Assembly (NCBI GenBank): GCA_001938485.1
Contig: MQRK01245740.1
Span: forward strand, 1-59,945
Source: Girardia tigrina
Taxonomy: Eukaryota
DNA length: 59,945 bases
Reading direction: 5' to 3'
Shown in pieces: positions 11,877 to 24,707 of this stretch. A model generated the notes under the pieces. It was not told where the DNA came from. It ran no database searches and worked only from the letters and a program-made list of their open reading frames with translations. A program made the translations under genes and the position numbers. The first letter of the stretch is position 1. Each line of letters opens with the position of its first letter.

Positions 11877-12058
11877 ATATTAAAAAAAACAAAAAATAAT
11901 TTCTTATCCAACATTAAAAAAATGATGTGAGCAATTATTCCCACTATTTTTATTTAAAAATCAAAATGGGCAATTAAGCCCGAATAAACAAATTTACATT
12001 TATATGTAAATTTTATTTTTGTTATAAATTTAAATTAAAGTTTTAAAATTTAAAATTT
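11582..12058. repeat. ~200 bp inverted repeat centred on (TA)n and an N gap
   Basis: 11582-11778 is the reverse complement of about 11862-12058, with two mismatches seen. Confidence 0.85.
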
Positions 12059-12059
12059 A

Positions 12060-12448
12060 AAACCCAATGCATACATACAGTATGATGATAGCTCATGATA
12101 CTGGTATGCTGTTGTACTGCTAAGTTGTGGATTCGGATTGCATGTTTGGATTGGGCTTAGAATGGCTTCAAAGTCACAATATATGATGGGCACTTTCTGC
12201 ATCTTTTCATATTCTTTGAATTCGATATAATCTTCCTTGGGAAATTCCGCTCTGATGCAATGATTGTTATTGCAATAGACCTTGTGCTCCTTCAACTTCA
12301 TTACAGCTTCAGCACCATTAAAATGTATAAAACATCTTTTACAAATCTCTATCCTTTCTGTATGTTTTGATATTTGATATCGTACAAGGCGCTCAAAGTT
12401 TTTGATCCAGATGAAGTATCTCTTTTCTCCATCATCTAGCAATAACAA
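12060..12448 (-). pseudogene. Polinton/Maverick-type protein-primed PolB, N-terminal/exonuclease I fragment
   Basis: YFIWIKNFERL..ICKRCFIHF..EHKVYC..IEFKEYEKMQKVPIIYCDFEAIL..TAYQYHELSSY (YxDFE exonuclease motif). Confidence 0.75.
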
Positions 12449-12476
12449 ATCCCTATGATATATATATATATATATT

Positions 12477-15400
12477 TCTTTTTCCTAAAAATAAATCATT
12501 TAAAATAAGTTCATTGTTGGGCAACCAAGATCCTAGTGGCCCAACAATGAAAGTATCTAAAGTAACCTTCCATGAATCCCCATAAGCAGATTGAATTTGT
12601 TCCCTAAGATCCCAATATTTATTAATGTTTTTCCTATCAGCGTTAAAAATATTTTTTTCAGTTTCAAACGGACATTTAACATCATTTAAAAAAATTTTAC
12701 GCTTTTCCCTGAAACAAATTTGAAGATCCACTCTCTGGGCAGAGTGAATGAAGACACATTCTTCATTAACATTCACTTCTGCATCAGTGAATGTTGCCAG
12801 TTCCTTGGCTATGATATCCTGGATAGAGTTGTGTCTGGCATTCCAGAAGCTACTCATTGAGTTACAACCCACTAACATGTGAGCCAAGGTTTCTTCTTCC
12901 GGGCATCCCCTTCTACACGTTATACTTGTTACCGCACCAGGTCTACATCGTACAGGTACAGTGTAGGACCGGGCTTGATGGATAAATCTCCATTCACTCT
13001 GCCCAAGGAGATTACTATATATAGGGGAAGTGGAGAGGGGGGATTTTGATAGACGTTCAGAGTACCGACCAGCACTACTCTGTTCATCCCATTCGATTAC
13101 CCACGAATACCAAATACATTGTCTAAGAGTTTCTGATATTTTATCCTTATCTTTGAGTCTGAAAATTTCATTAGTAATATATTTATGATTATCATTTTGG
13201 ATATGTTGCTTTATAGTTAAAATTACTCCTGGGTTTGAATATTTAAAGTTTACAATGATTTTATGATATTTAAAAAGATAATGTATAGCATGCTGTGTTT
13301 TGTTCCACCAAGAAGTATTAACATGGGCTCTGAAGCCATCATTTAACCAATCAAAGACCTAGGAGTGTGATACGTTCATGTCTCCTAACGGACTACGGAG
13401 GGTGGCGTCATTGGCAGCAATAATATTGGGGTCAGTGGAGTTGAGAAGGTAGAAAGAATGAGTGATGGACTGGACATAGTACTCATCTTTAAGGGAGGTG
13501 ATACCAACTCCACCAAATGCTTTGGGACAATAAAGATAGGGGGTGGAAGCATTATCCTGAAGATCAAGGATCTTTTTGTGGAACGAGCGCAGTTGGATGT
13601 CCCAAGCACAGCTTGCCAGTTCAAAAATATAAAAAGGGATGAAGGTATTGCGAAAATAGAAGATGAATTTGGAGTGCTCGAAAAACTTATACGCATGGAG
13701 TTTTTGGTTGGCAGAAAGGGAGGAGGAGTAAATGATCTCAGCTTCGCGGATGACCTCATCAAAAAGCTGTTGGGGGGTATAGGTGATGAGAAGGGTTACA
13801 AAACAACCCAAATAGAGGTACCCTTCCTTCGTGCTAAGATGGGGGATGTTCACACCATCTATGATATACTTGTCTTTTTTGACAAAGGGGATATCGAGCA
13901 CTGCACACTTGGATGCACGAAATGACATTCCCAGGTTTTTGACGGCACAAGACGCAATGTCAATGACATTTTGGAGCTCAGTTTTATTTGCAGCTAGGAA
14001 GACCAAATCATCAGCATATGCCATACATGATATTTTCCTACTACCTAAAAGAATTCCACCACATCTATATAAGTCTATTTCAATTAAAATTGGATTAATT
14101 CCTATATTAAATAGCAACATCGAGAGGGGACATCCCTGCCGAACTCCTATGTTAACAGCTAAAGGTTTGGTGGATTCTTGTGCACACACAATAGTTGTAG
14201 TGCAATTATTATAAAACTCTTTAATTAAATTTGTTGAATTACATTCAACATTCATCTTATTCATTAATTCCAGTATATAGCTAACTGAGATTGTGTCAAA
14301 CGCAGCAGCCATATCCATAAAGGAGATTTTAAGTTGTTTTTTAAGATAACTCCGATAATCATCAATAATTGAGCGGAGTAAGAAAGTATGATCAGCACAA
14401 CCAGCATTTGGCCCTAAGCTTTTTTGGAGGGGGTGGAGAAAGTCATGCTGTCGGATCCATCCAATTAGTTGTTTACACAGGAGAGTAGTTAATAATTTTT
14501 AGATACATTCCTGGAGGGCAATACCTCTCCAGGAGGAGGGGAGGTGATATTCACCATCCTTATTAGGTTTAGGGATCATTAAGGTTAAATAGTTTTTCCA
14601 GTTTTTGGGGGTGAGACCCTTATCAAAAATTATTTTAAAAAGATTATTTAAGAGGATACCTGACGGATCACAATAAAGAATATCTTTATATGTAATACCA
14701 CTATTACCTGGAGAGGAAGTGTCTTTGGATTTAAGACATGCCACAATCTCATCTGGAGTGGGGACATGAAATTCAAAGGCACTTCCCATTTTGTAGGTGT
14801 CAGGTTTAATTTCAATAATTAGGGGGGCAGTCGCAGCATTTTTATTGTGAAACTCAGTGAAACACTCTGGAGAGGGATGAGTATCTGAACTAGTGTCAGG
14901 TAAAACATGTTTCAAAGCTGCCTTAGGGTTTTTCATGAAAAGTTGTTGTAGTTGCGGTCCCTTTAATTTATTTTCAGTCGTCTTATTTCCCATATAGGGT
15001 GTTCGTGGTGTAATGTTTCTTAATATATAAATATGATCTACAAAATCATTGTAGAATTTTTCAATATTATTTTATTCAGTAGAATTTAGCACATTCTGAG
15101 CTGAAGCAATACGAGATGATTTTATATTAGTTGATGTTTTAGTATTTGGTCTTATCTTATTGGGGGGGTAGTTAGTCGCAACGAGCCGCCTAGCATGAAG
15201 TCGAATAATTTTAAGATTTTGTTGCTTAGCTTTTGATGGGTCAATAGTATACCTCATAAACCCACAAATTAGGGGACCACTATCAGCAAATTTATTGGAA
15301 ATTTGAAAATTTGGGAAGTCTGTATTAACACGAAACTTATCAGGCAGTAGGAGTATGTTGGAAATAAACTGATTGATAGAGTTGATTTCATTTTGATAAC

Positions 15401-18135
15401 AACTCATATCTAAACTACCTACTGGATCATATACAGAAATTGTGTTAATATTAATGTTGGTCATTATTAAAATCCATCTATATTGTCGAAAATAAACTGG
15501 ATAGAAAATGATTTTACAAGATGCAATATCTTGAAGGCAAAAATATCTCAGAACATACTCCTTGTTTTGGCTAAAATAGCTCGTGTTAAAATTGTGGGGA
15601 AAACAAAGTGTTTAGAATTAGAAATATATTTAGTACAATAGGCATCTACATAATTATGATCAAAGGACAGGAATCCAATGAAATGTTCGTTTTGTTCATC
15701 TCCATAACCTATAGAGTCACTATGCTTATTGGGGGAGATGGACAAAATGATTTTACGAATTTGAAAGACTGAGATACGAGGTACAGCATTGGGGGAACAA
15801 AGCCGCACCATATAATGACAAATTAAGGGCCCGCAATCTGCAGGGTTAACTTGGAGTGGAAAGTCAAACATACAAAGAGTTGGGCTTTCCATTCCAAACA
15901 TTTTATCAAAAAAGAGTAGTTTATTAAAAAAAAGATTACAAATAATTTTGGCGCTATGAGAAAAAGGGGATTTACTACCTAAGGGATCAATCCAAAAGGA
16001 TTGATATTATTAAAATCAACTACTAGAAAAATCCAGTGATGATCCTCAATGTTGAGGGGATAATGATTTTATTGGTGTGGGCGAGGTTAGCGCTATTGAT
16101 AACACTTTCAGGGGATCCGAAATCTAGTAGGGCAAATTCAGAGGCAACTTCTGTAGGGATATATAGGATACTGCTATTATTGGCAAAATAGTTAAAAAAG
16201 TTATCAATGTCGCTACCTGCTAATGGAGTATGGAGGAGGTCGGCTGGTAATTCGGGAAGGGAGTTGGCTAAATTAATTAACTTATAAATAGGCGAACTAC
16301 TATCTAGTCAATCAGATGTGGACTCTGATTCAAGCTTCTGAATAACTTCTGTTACAATATATTTCCTTAAACTGGCACACAATTTTCTATTCTTATAGGT
16401 CGTAACCTTAGGAAGGGAGTATGTCTTACAGAACATACAGAGGAGGATATTTAGGATATCTTCCGGACCACTAGGAAAGGAATTTTTCTTAATAGTGGCA
16501 ACAACTGCTTCAACAAGTTGGGTATTATATCTAGGAATCGGGATTTTGCCTATAATACATTCGATGATATTATTGACTTGGGTTTCAGTGATGGATAAAT
16601 TGATATTACTTATGTCTTGATTACTTTGGGAAAGGCTACCATTGACTGAGCTATTAGTAGTTTGGTGGGATTCGGATGGGGGTAGGGGAGTTCTAATGGG
16701 ACTTTGGGTGAAATTATTGGTGGGAGAGAGATCTGAGCTATTGGTTGCTTGGGGGGATTCAAATGGGGATAGGGGTGAACAAATAGGGTCCTGAGTGGAG
16801 TTATTGGTGGGGAAGAGATCTTCTTGGGACATGGGGACTTGTGGAAAGGGAGCAGGGGTTTGGATCCTAGGGGTGGAACAAGGGGGGACAAAGGATGAGG
16901 ATGGGGAGGTAGGAATTCTAGAGAAGGAATTATTGGTAGGTGCGGCTGATGGAGGTTCTTCTTCAATAATGATAGTAGTATGAGGGGATGGACAAGCAAA
17001 TGGGTTTTGGGAATTAGGGGAGCAACCAGGTATAATTTGGTAAACTGAGGTAGTAGATGCTGGAGAGTTGAAGGGGACACTAGGTTACCTATGGGTTGGG
17101 CAGTGTTGGGAATAGTCATATTTAACAATTGGGGTCTGGGAGGATCATCACTAGAGTGGCAGAAGGATTGATGATTAACATTAATATTTGGTATATGAAC
17201 AAGGGTTAATGGGGGGGTTTTATCATCATAATGGGTGATGAATATATCATCACTAGATTGGCAGAAGGATTGATAGTTAATATCCGGTACATGAATTGGT
17301 GTTAGGGGGGGTTTCCTCTTCATATTGGGTGATAATAACATCATCAATATCAATATTATCAGTATTATTTTGAGTATTAGTTTGTGGAATATTATTTTGA
17401 GTATTAATTAGTGGGAGTAATTTTTCTAATGAATCAGGATGACTTACTATCTTAAGAAAATTAATACATTTATCTTTGGGTTAGATATGTTCAGAGATTA
17501 AAAGGAAGTGATTTAGCTGTGAAGAAGTAATTTTTAATTCACTAATCTTATCTATGGAGTTTAGAAGGTCAAGATTAATAGGGGGATTATTTATTAGAGG
17601 GAATTCAATTTTAGAAATTATGGATAAGAATAAAGATGGGATTAACAGGTGAGGGAAGTTAGAATTAGAAAGTGGGCATTTGGAGAAAATAGAAAAAAAG
17701 TTGAAAAATTGGGAAATGGTAAAGTTAGGTTTCTTAATAATTATTTTAGACAGTTTATAGGAAGACCAGAATAGAGAGACTTGCTCAGGATCAAGACTAT
17801 TGAGGTCAATAGGGGAGATATCTGGTTTAGAGTACCAAGAGGCAAGAAGGGAAGAAAAGAGAGTGTTAGGTTTAGGAGGGGGGGAAAGAAGAGGAAAGAG
17901 CAGAAGTCATATCAGAGAAGAAATGACAGCATTTAAGACAGTTCTTAGCTTTTTCCCCATAGCATTCATGAAAAGAGCAGAGTGATATATTTTTGTGGAA
18001 CTGGGATTTTAGGGAGAATAATGTTATCCTTTTTATAACTTTCTATATTAAAGTCACGGAGGGTTGTGTATAATTTATCAAATTCACTATAGGGGATTTT
18101 ACTATTTTTATTTGGGAAATTCCATACAGTAATAA
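12477..18135 (-). mobile_element. NeSL/R5-like non-LTR retrotransposon (Ulp1 protease, RT, CCHC, restriction-like endonuclease), degenerate
   Basis: RT GVRQGCPLSMLLFNI and AYADDLV. WRFIHQAR..CRRGC..ETLAHMLVGC..ARHNSIQ..RVDL..NDVKCPFE..NKY is an RLE C-terminus. Ulp1 motifs IEDHHWIFL and QVNPADCG lie upstream. Stops at 14499 and 13359 plus frameshifts; the 3' end abuts (TA)n; the 5' limit is approximate. Confidence 0.85.
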
Positions 18136-18137
18136 AC

Positions 18138-19790
18138 TGTCGAACTAGGTTTTTTTGATGACGACTAAGAAACTCTCGTTTCCGCCACAATTTCACTCTA
18201 CACGCTATCGATGCACATTTCAAAGTATCAATACATGCTTCATCTCATATTGAATCAATAATCTCCGATTCGCATTAAATGATACACGTTATTGTAGTGC
18301 ATATTCTTTTAGAAAAATCAATCATTTCGATCACAAACCGCTTTTCTCAGACCTTCCCGAGTGTAATATATCATCTAAACACCCATCGTGGCTATGATCC
18401 TCAATATAAATGCTGCCTAGCAACATACATGCATTACATCATGTTTTGCGAAAGTAAGTTATTACTTACATTGATATATTCTGATATCAACCTTCTGTAT
18501 TTTAAATAACGATTCTCTTTTGCCAATGTGTTCTAATTTATTATTTCATTATGCTGACTGAGAATATCCACAACAAATGTCTTTAGTAATAGGTTTTATA
18601 AGTTTCTTTTATAATACTACTCACAAATTTATCAGTAATCATTTTTAATTAAAACTAATATTTTTTTAAAATATTTTATTGTGAGATTATCGTAATATAT
18701 TAAATGGGAATATTAATCCATGAACTTTTTAAAATATTTTACCAATAAGTAATAATAACTTTCAAGCATTTTAAAAGTTTTGAATGAAAGTTGATTATAA
18801 AATGTTATAATATGTCAAAGAAGTTACGGAATGTTAAATTTCTACCACCAGTGTTTACCACAATGTTCTGAGTTTTAATCACAGAATGTAGTTAAAGGCC
18901 TAAATAAGAAAGAGAAAATACTTTTAAATAAAGCCGAGGAAAATAGGTTCGAAAAAATAGTAAATCAAAAAAAATTTTTGATATCCATTTTTTATGAGGA
19001 CAGAATTCTAATTGGCCAACAGAATTTTTTGTTATCTTTTGTAGAAAGAAAAAATACTATTACATCTTTAAACAATTTTTATGTGATTCAAATCTTTTGT
19101 AGATGGGAAAATTTCATACTCTATATTAACAACATCAATATGAGTTTTACAACATTTATTAATATCACAAGCGCATTCACTATTTGACATTTTTCTTGAT
19201 CGATATATTTCTAACTTGAATAGATTATCTCGACTTTGAACCTTTTAACTGTATCTTTGAACAAAGCTGATTCAAATGTTTTTCCTCTATCAACATGAAT
19301 ATCTTTTGGAGGTCCAAATTTCCATATCCATCTGTCCAATATACGAACAGTTTTTTCATCTTGACTAGCAACTGCAACGTATTGATATCCGTTTATGTTT
19401 CTTTTGAATGGTCCACAGAAATCCATGTATATTTTCTGGATTGGTTCATCTGCCGACAACTTTATATGTTTTTCTTTCGTTTTCGCTGTTAATGTCTTTC
19501 TTTTTTGACAATATAAACAACTTAGGACTATTAGTAGATAGAAAATATGACCTTTCCCAAAGCACCCGAGATTTTGGCCATTTTCTTGGGTTCTGTGCTA
19601 TAATTCTTGGGTTTTGTGTTATTTTTTCACTATTTTTACTAGTTTTAATGTTTTTTAGCAATTCTTTCATAATTTTTCATACAAAAACAGCCCAAAATCG
19701 ATTATATTATTTTGTTGTGAAAATTAAAAATGTCATAAAAAATAATATTTTTTATACTGTTTTTTAGCCCTTTTTTAATCATTTTTTATA
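18138..19790. repeat. Left arm of a ~1.6 kb inverted duplication
   Basis: Reverse complement of about 24708-26445. Mirror-image ORFs appear in the track (19211-19459/25041-25289; 19408-19767/24733-25092). A few substitutions and indels separate the arms. Confidence 0.93.
19211..19459 (-). pseudogene. Gypsy integrase core fragment (copy at 25041-25289, +)
   Basis: KIYMDFCGPF...WIWKFGPPKDIHVDRGKTFES; internally deleted. Confidence 0.85.
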
Positions 19791-20134
19791 CAAAAACAGC
19801 CTAAAATCGAATATATTTTTATCATGCAAAATATTTAGAAACATTTTGTTATTTAAATTGGAAATAAAAAGATTAAAAATATATTCATATTAACCACTAA
19901 CAATTGAAATATATACAGTTTATAAAAATATATTACTTATTATAACTTATATCATAATATCTTGCACGTTCATTCATGACCATTTATCCAATATTCATGA
20001 CTAAGGAATTAGCTTGATATTGATAAGATTTTAATTTTTATTTAAAAGAAAGTGTAGAAAAATGAAGATCGTTTCTGACATTTAACATAATTTAGCAAAA
20101 TATTTGAATTATATTCTCATTTTTTTATTTTTAG

Positions 20135-22134
20135 TAGTTACACAGACCTAAAAATGCTCGTAAATTTCGAGTAAACTTCGGAATCGGAAAATTTTGAATT
20201 TCTGCCACTTTCAATTAATTTGTTGAGATACCTTCTTTGTTAATTGTATGTCCAAAAATACCAGCTCCCCCACTCCGAATTTGCATTTCCCTGGGTTGAC
20301 TTTTAAACCTGCTTTCTTCAGTCTATTCAGTACTTCTTCTAATAGTGTCATATGATCCTCCATTGATTTTGAGTAAATTAAGACATCATCTAGGTATATT
20401 ACTACTCCAGAGAATAGTAAATCTTCAAATAATGAATTCATTAATTCAAAATTCTGGAGCCACCCAGAGCATCCATTAACATTTGGCTGTCTGGCATTGG
20501 AAAGAAAACTTTCTTTGATACATCATTCAATTTTCTGAAATCTAAACAAATTCGAATACCTCCATCTTTCTTTGGTGTAATGACTAACGGAGAGTTCTAG
20601 TCACTTTTACATTTCCGAATTATTCCTGCCTTTTCTAATCCTTTCAGAAATCCTTCGATTTGACTTTCTAAATGAATCGATTGCCTTCTAGGATTCAGAA
20701 AAATCGGTTTACCTTCTGTTTCAATTTTATGGACCACAATAACCGTAAATCCCAGATCATATTCATGTTTCATTAAAACATCATCATATCGTTTCACAAG
20801 GTTTTCCACGTTGTTTTGCTCTTGCACTTTCATATCTATCTCCACTGTCACAACTGACTTCTTGGTAGTTTTTTTCAATTTTAATTCCGAATTTATACAT
20901 GACATTAACACCTCCAATGACTACCGGTCGGATTGCTTTCACCACTAAAAAATCAACCGCATGGCACTTTTCTTTCTATTTCAACTTCACTGTCATTTTT
21001 CCCAAACACTTATGTCCTTCTGAAAACGCTCCATTTAGTATAATTGGGCTCTTTTCTAATCTGGGTTGTCCGATTTCCAACCAAAACTTCTCACTAATAA
21101 CTGAAACACCCGCTCCACTATCAAACAACATTAATACGTTGTGATTGTTCAGGTTAACATCGCTCCACCATCTACCGTCTGACCCCTCTACTATCTCTGC
21201 AATTCGATTTTTTGGATATTTTATGCCGACTCCACAGACGAAATGCTCACCATTGAGTCTCTGGCGTTTAAATCATCTTCATATTCATCTTTATATGATA
21301 CGATATCCACGTTGTCTTCATTGTACACATCTTTGATGCATACTACATTAACATTCTTAATATGATTACAGTTTCTGAACCCGTGTTCACTTTTTCCACA
21401 GATTAAACAACGATTATTTAAAGGACAATCTTTCCTCAAATGTCCATATTTTCCACAGCAATAACAATCCCCTCTGGTTAAATGCTCCTCTTCTGGAATT
21501 GGAAGTCTCTTTATTTTGCAATATAACTTCCTTGCTTCGTACCAAACCGAATGCACCGGACGATTATATTGTTGTTTATCTTCTGACATTCTACTGGATC
21601 CTTTCTCATTACTTTTAATAAATCTTTACGATAGTATTCTACGTTCCGTTCTTAATATTGGTTGTCTATCGTTTGATTTATTCAATCGAGCTGTATTTCT
21701 TTTATGTTCAGGATTCTCATATCTTCTAACTTGATGTTTGTCTTTCTTTGCCATTTCTGCATACGATGTTTTGATGGCTAAATCATCATTTCTTTCTTCT
21801 TTTGATATGTTGTCCTCATAAATCTTAGCTTCCGCTCTCATTTCATCCACCGATATGTTAGGTTTAAAACAAATCGATCCTTCAGAACTTGAGATTTTAT
21901 CCGCTTTTTCAAAAGTTCATTCAAAATTTCTTCATCGCTGTGTTTCCTAAAAATTTCAATTGTTTTCCGAACCCTTAATTCGAATGTTAGAAATCTTTCA
22001 TTCTCACCTTGACAAATTTGGCTTAGTTTGTCCAATTCTTCCAACAGCGGTACTTTCTTTATAAATGTTTTCTGGAACCAATTTTTGGATTTCACATCTG
22101 ACATTGGTTTCTTACTTTCTTCTGTTGCATTCAC
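20135..22134 (-). mobile_element. Decayed gypsy gag-protease-RT remnant
   Basis: Knuckles CYCCGKYGHLRKDC and CLICGKSEHGFRNC; protease LFDSGAGVSVI (about 21100-21130); RT IYLDDVLIYS..LKVNPGKC; many frameshifts. Confidence 0.85.
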
Positions 22135-22159
22135 CTAAAGAATTTATAAAATAATATAT

Positions 22160-22609
22160 ACACAAGAAGCCCTATCATTTGGATCTTATTTTCACAGTGA
22201 AATACCTGAAATAGAGAAAAATAATTATAAGAATTTCATTGGAGAAAATGCAGTATATGAGTATGTGGATTATTTACTAAATGTAAATGAAAAATATACA
22301 AAGATACTAAATGAAACTATTTCAATTCAATTGACTCCAGAAGATGAGGAAGATTTTAAAAATTTTTCCTTGTTATTATTATGAAGAAATTTTCATTTAG
22401 ATGGGGAAGCTATAACTTTATTGCAAACAACTAATTCAATTCCTTCAAATTACGAAGTCCGAGATCACGATCATTTAACTGGTAAATATCGTGGTGCAGC
22501 GGATAGTAATTGTAATTTGAAAGCTAAAGGAATTGATTTTATTCCAGTTATATTTTTCAATAATTCGAGATATGAAAACCATCTATTCATATGTGAAATT
22601 TTTTTGTAA
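22160..22609 (+). pseudogene. Polinton-type PolB fragment (endonuclease VII-like insert and exonuclease II region)
   Basis: LTPEDEEDF...VRDHDHLTGKYRGAADSNCNLK..FIPVIFFNNSRYENHLFI. Confidence 0.8.
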
Positions 22610-23439
22610 CTTTTAAATCGAAGTAAATTAAAAATGTAATTGTAATTTTATTTTGGAAATTTTAATTGGAATCAAAATATAATTGTAAAACTATTACATC
22701 GATTTAAATGAAAATGCGGTTTTAATTTTATATTGGAAAACGTAATTATTAATGGAAATATAATTTTATTTTTTATGTAAAAAGGGGGTAATTTAAAAAT
22801 TGTTAAATTAAACGAAATAGCGATTTTAAATTCTATTTTCAAAATATTATTAAATCCAAAGTAATTTTTAAAACGAAATTTTTTTTAAACGAAATGAAAA
22901 ATGCTATTGTATAGAATTGGGAAATTTAATTGAGAAACAGGTAATTTTAAAGGTACATTAAAATTGAAATTTAACAAAAGACGCAACAAAATCTTTTTGA
23001 CAAAATTTTAATTCACTTTATGATTTGTTATTAAAAAAAAGTATAGAATTTAAATTCGTAAAAAATGCAATAACCATATTTATATTTATATCAATTCTTA
23101 TTTATAATGGTTTGTGTAAAAAGAAAGTGCAAAAGTTCCTCGAAAATATTTTTTTAAAAATACTAAAATTGTGGTAGAAATAAAATTTTGTGTTGATGTC
23201 AACGTCTTTTGATCAAAAACCCAATATGTTCTTTTTTTAAAAAATGTTTAGATATAATTTTAAACAATTAGATTCTTTAAAATTAATAATTTTTATTAAC
23301 AGATTTTCATTTATTGAAAATAATTAGTATGAACTCAGAAATATATCGATCAAGAAAAATGTCAAACAGTGAATGCGCTTGTGATATTAATAAATGTTGT
23401 AAAACTCAAATTGATGTTGTTAATATGGAAACCACAGCT

Positions 23440-23588
23440 CATGTGACAACGAACATTATGCGACACAAAAAATTCGATGGATCCGAGTCGAAATTAGATG
23501 ACTTTATAAAAAATTTCGAACGTTATGCTGAAATTATGGGTATAAGAGAAGATAGAAGATTAGTGATGGTAACGATCTTCATGACTCC
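23440..23588 (+). pseudogene. Gag N-terminal fragment
   Basis: KKFDGSESKLDDFIKNFERYAEIMGI resembles a retrotransposon capsid N-terminus. Confidence 0.5.
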
Positions 23589-24013
23589 TGTAAGGATGAT
23601 TTGTAAATTATGATTGTGTTTAATTTAATTCGTGTAACTTTGGTATGATGTTCGGATATGTTTATGACTCTCTCATTGTATATATTAATTGTATTTTTAT
23701 TTAATGTATATTTTATAATAAACGTGTGTTGTTTAAATATTTCAAATTTATTGGAAAAAGAAGCGCCAAATTTGAAATTAAGAAAAGTGTGGATTGAAAA
23801 TAAATTTTTAGTAATGAAAACTCTTTTTGATTTCGGATTTAATTATAAAACCGGAAAAGAAAATAAATGCCAATTTTCGACAATTAACAACTCCATCAGC
23901 AAATTTGGAATAAAATTTTAGACAATTTTTTTGAAGCTTTTCAATTTTTTTTTCTTTTTAGACATATTTGAATAAAACTTAAGAAGGAAACTATAGATTC
24001 AAGTGATATATGG

Positions 24014-24694
24014 TTGTTTAGAGATAGTCCAATAGATGAAGACAGACTAAAGAGAATTAAAGAAATATATAACACCAAAGTTGACAAACAACTAATGAGG
24101 CTATTAACAGAATATAAATCAATATTCATCGCTGACAAGTGGGATATTGGGAAAACTTCCTTAACGAAACACAAAATAGAAACTCGTGGAGAACCAGTCT
24201 TAGTGAAGCCTTATCGACTACCACAACATTTTGAAGAGAAACTAAATGATATCATTAGAAATTTTAAAGAAAACGGTATAATTGAAAAGTGTAGTTCTCC
24301 ATGGATCTTCCCTCTGGTGTGTGTATGGAAAAAAGAGAAACAAGACATCCGAGTATGTGTCGATTTTCGACAGTTGAATAAAATTACGGTAAGACCGGCA
24401 TTTCCAATGCCAAATGTAGATGACATGTTAAACACGTTGAATCGAGCAAAACATTTTAGAACAATCGCTCTGGGAAATTCATATTATCAGGTTGAATTAG
24501 AAGAAGAATCAAAGATTAAAACTGCGTTTTCAACAAAGAATGGTCAATATTGTTTTAAAAGAATGCCTTTTCGAATTGCAGTGGCTCCAGCTACCTTTCA
24601 AGAATTAATGGTGAAAGTTCTAGAAGATTTGAATTGGAAAGAAGCAGTCGCATATTTGGATGATATTTTGATTTTTGCAAAAGATAGAAAATAA
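24014..24694 (+). pseudogene. Gypsy RT fragment, related to the 3684-9576 family
   Basis: WDIGKTSL.KHKI..SSPWIFPLVCVWKK..VDFRQLN..MPFRIAVAPATFQ..YLDD; truncated at the inverted-repeat arm. Confidence 0.9.
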
Positions 24695-24707
24695 TATCTT
24701 CTGTTTA

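Noticed and set aside
23589-23744. Solo LTR (TG..CA, AATAAA) or intron starting GTAAGG
   Set aside because: No TSD and no AG acceptor; cannot be decided from sequence.
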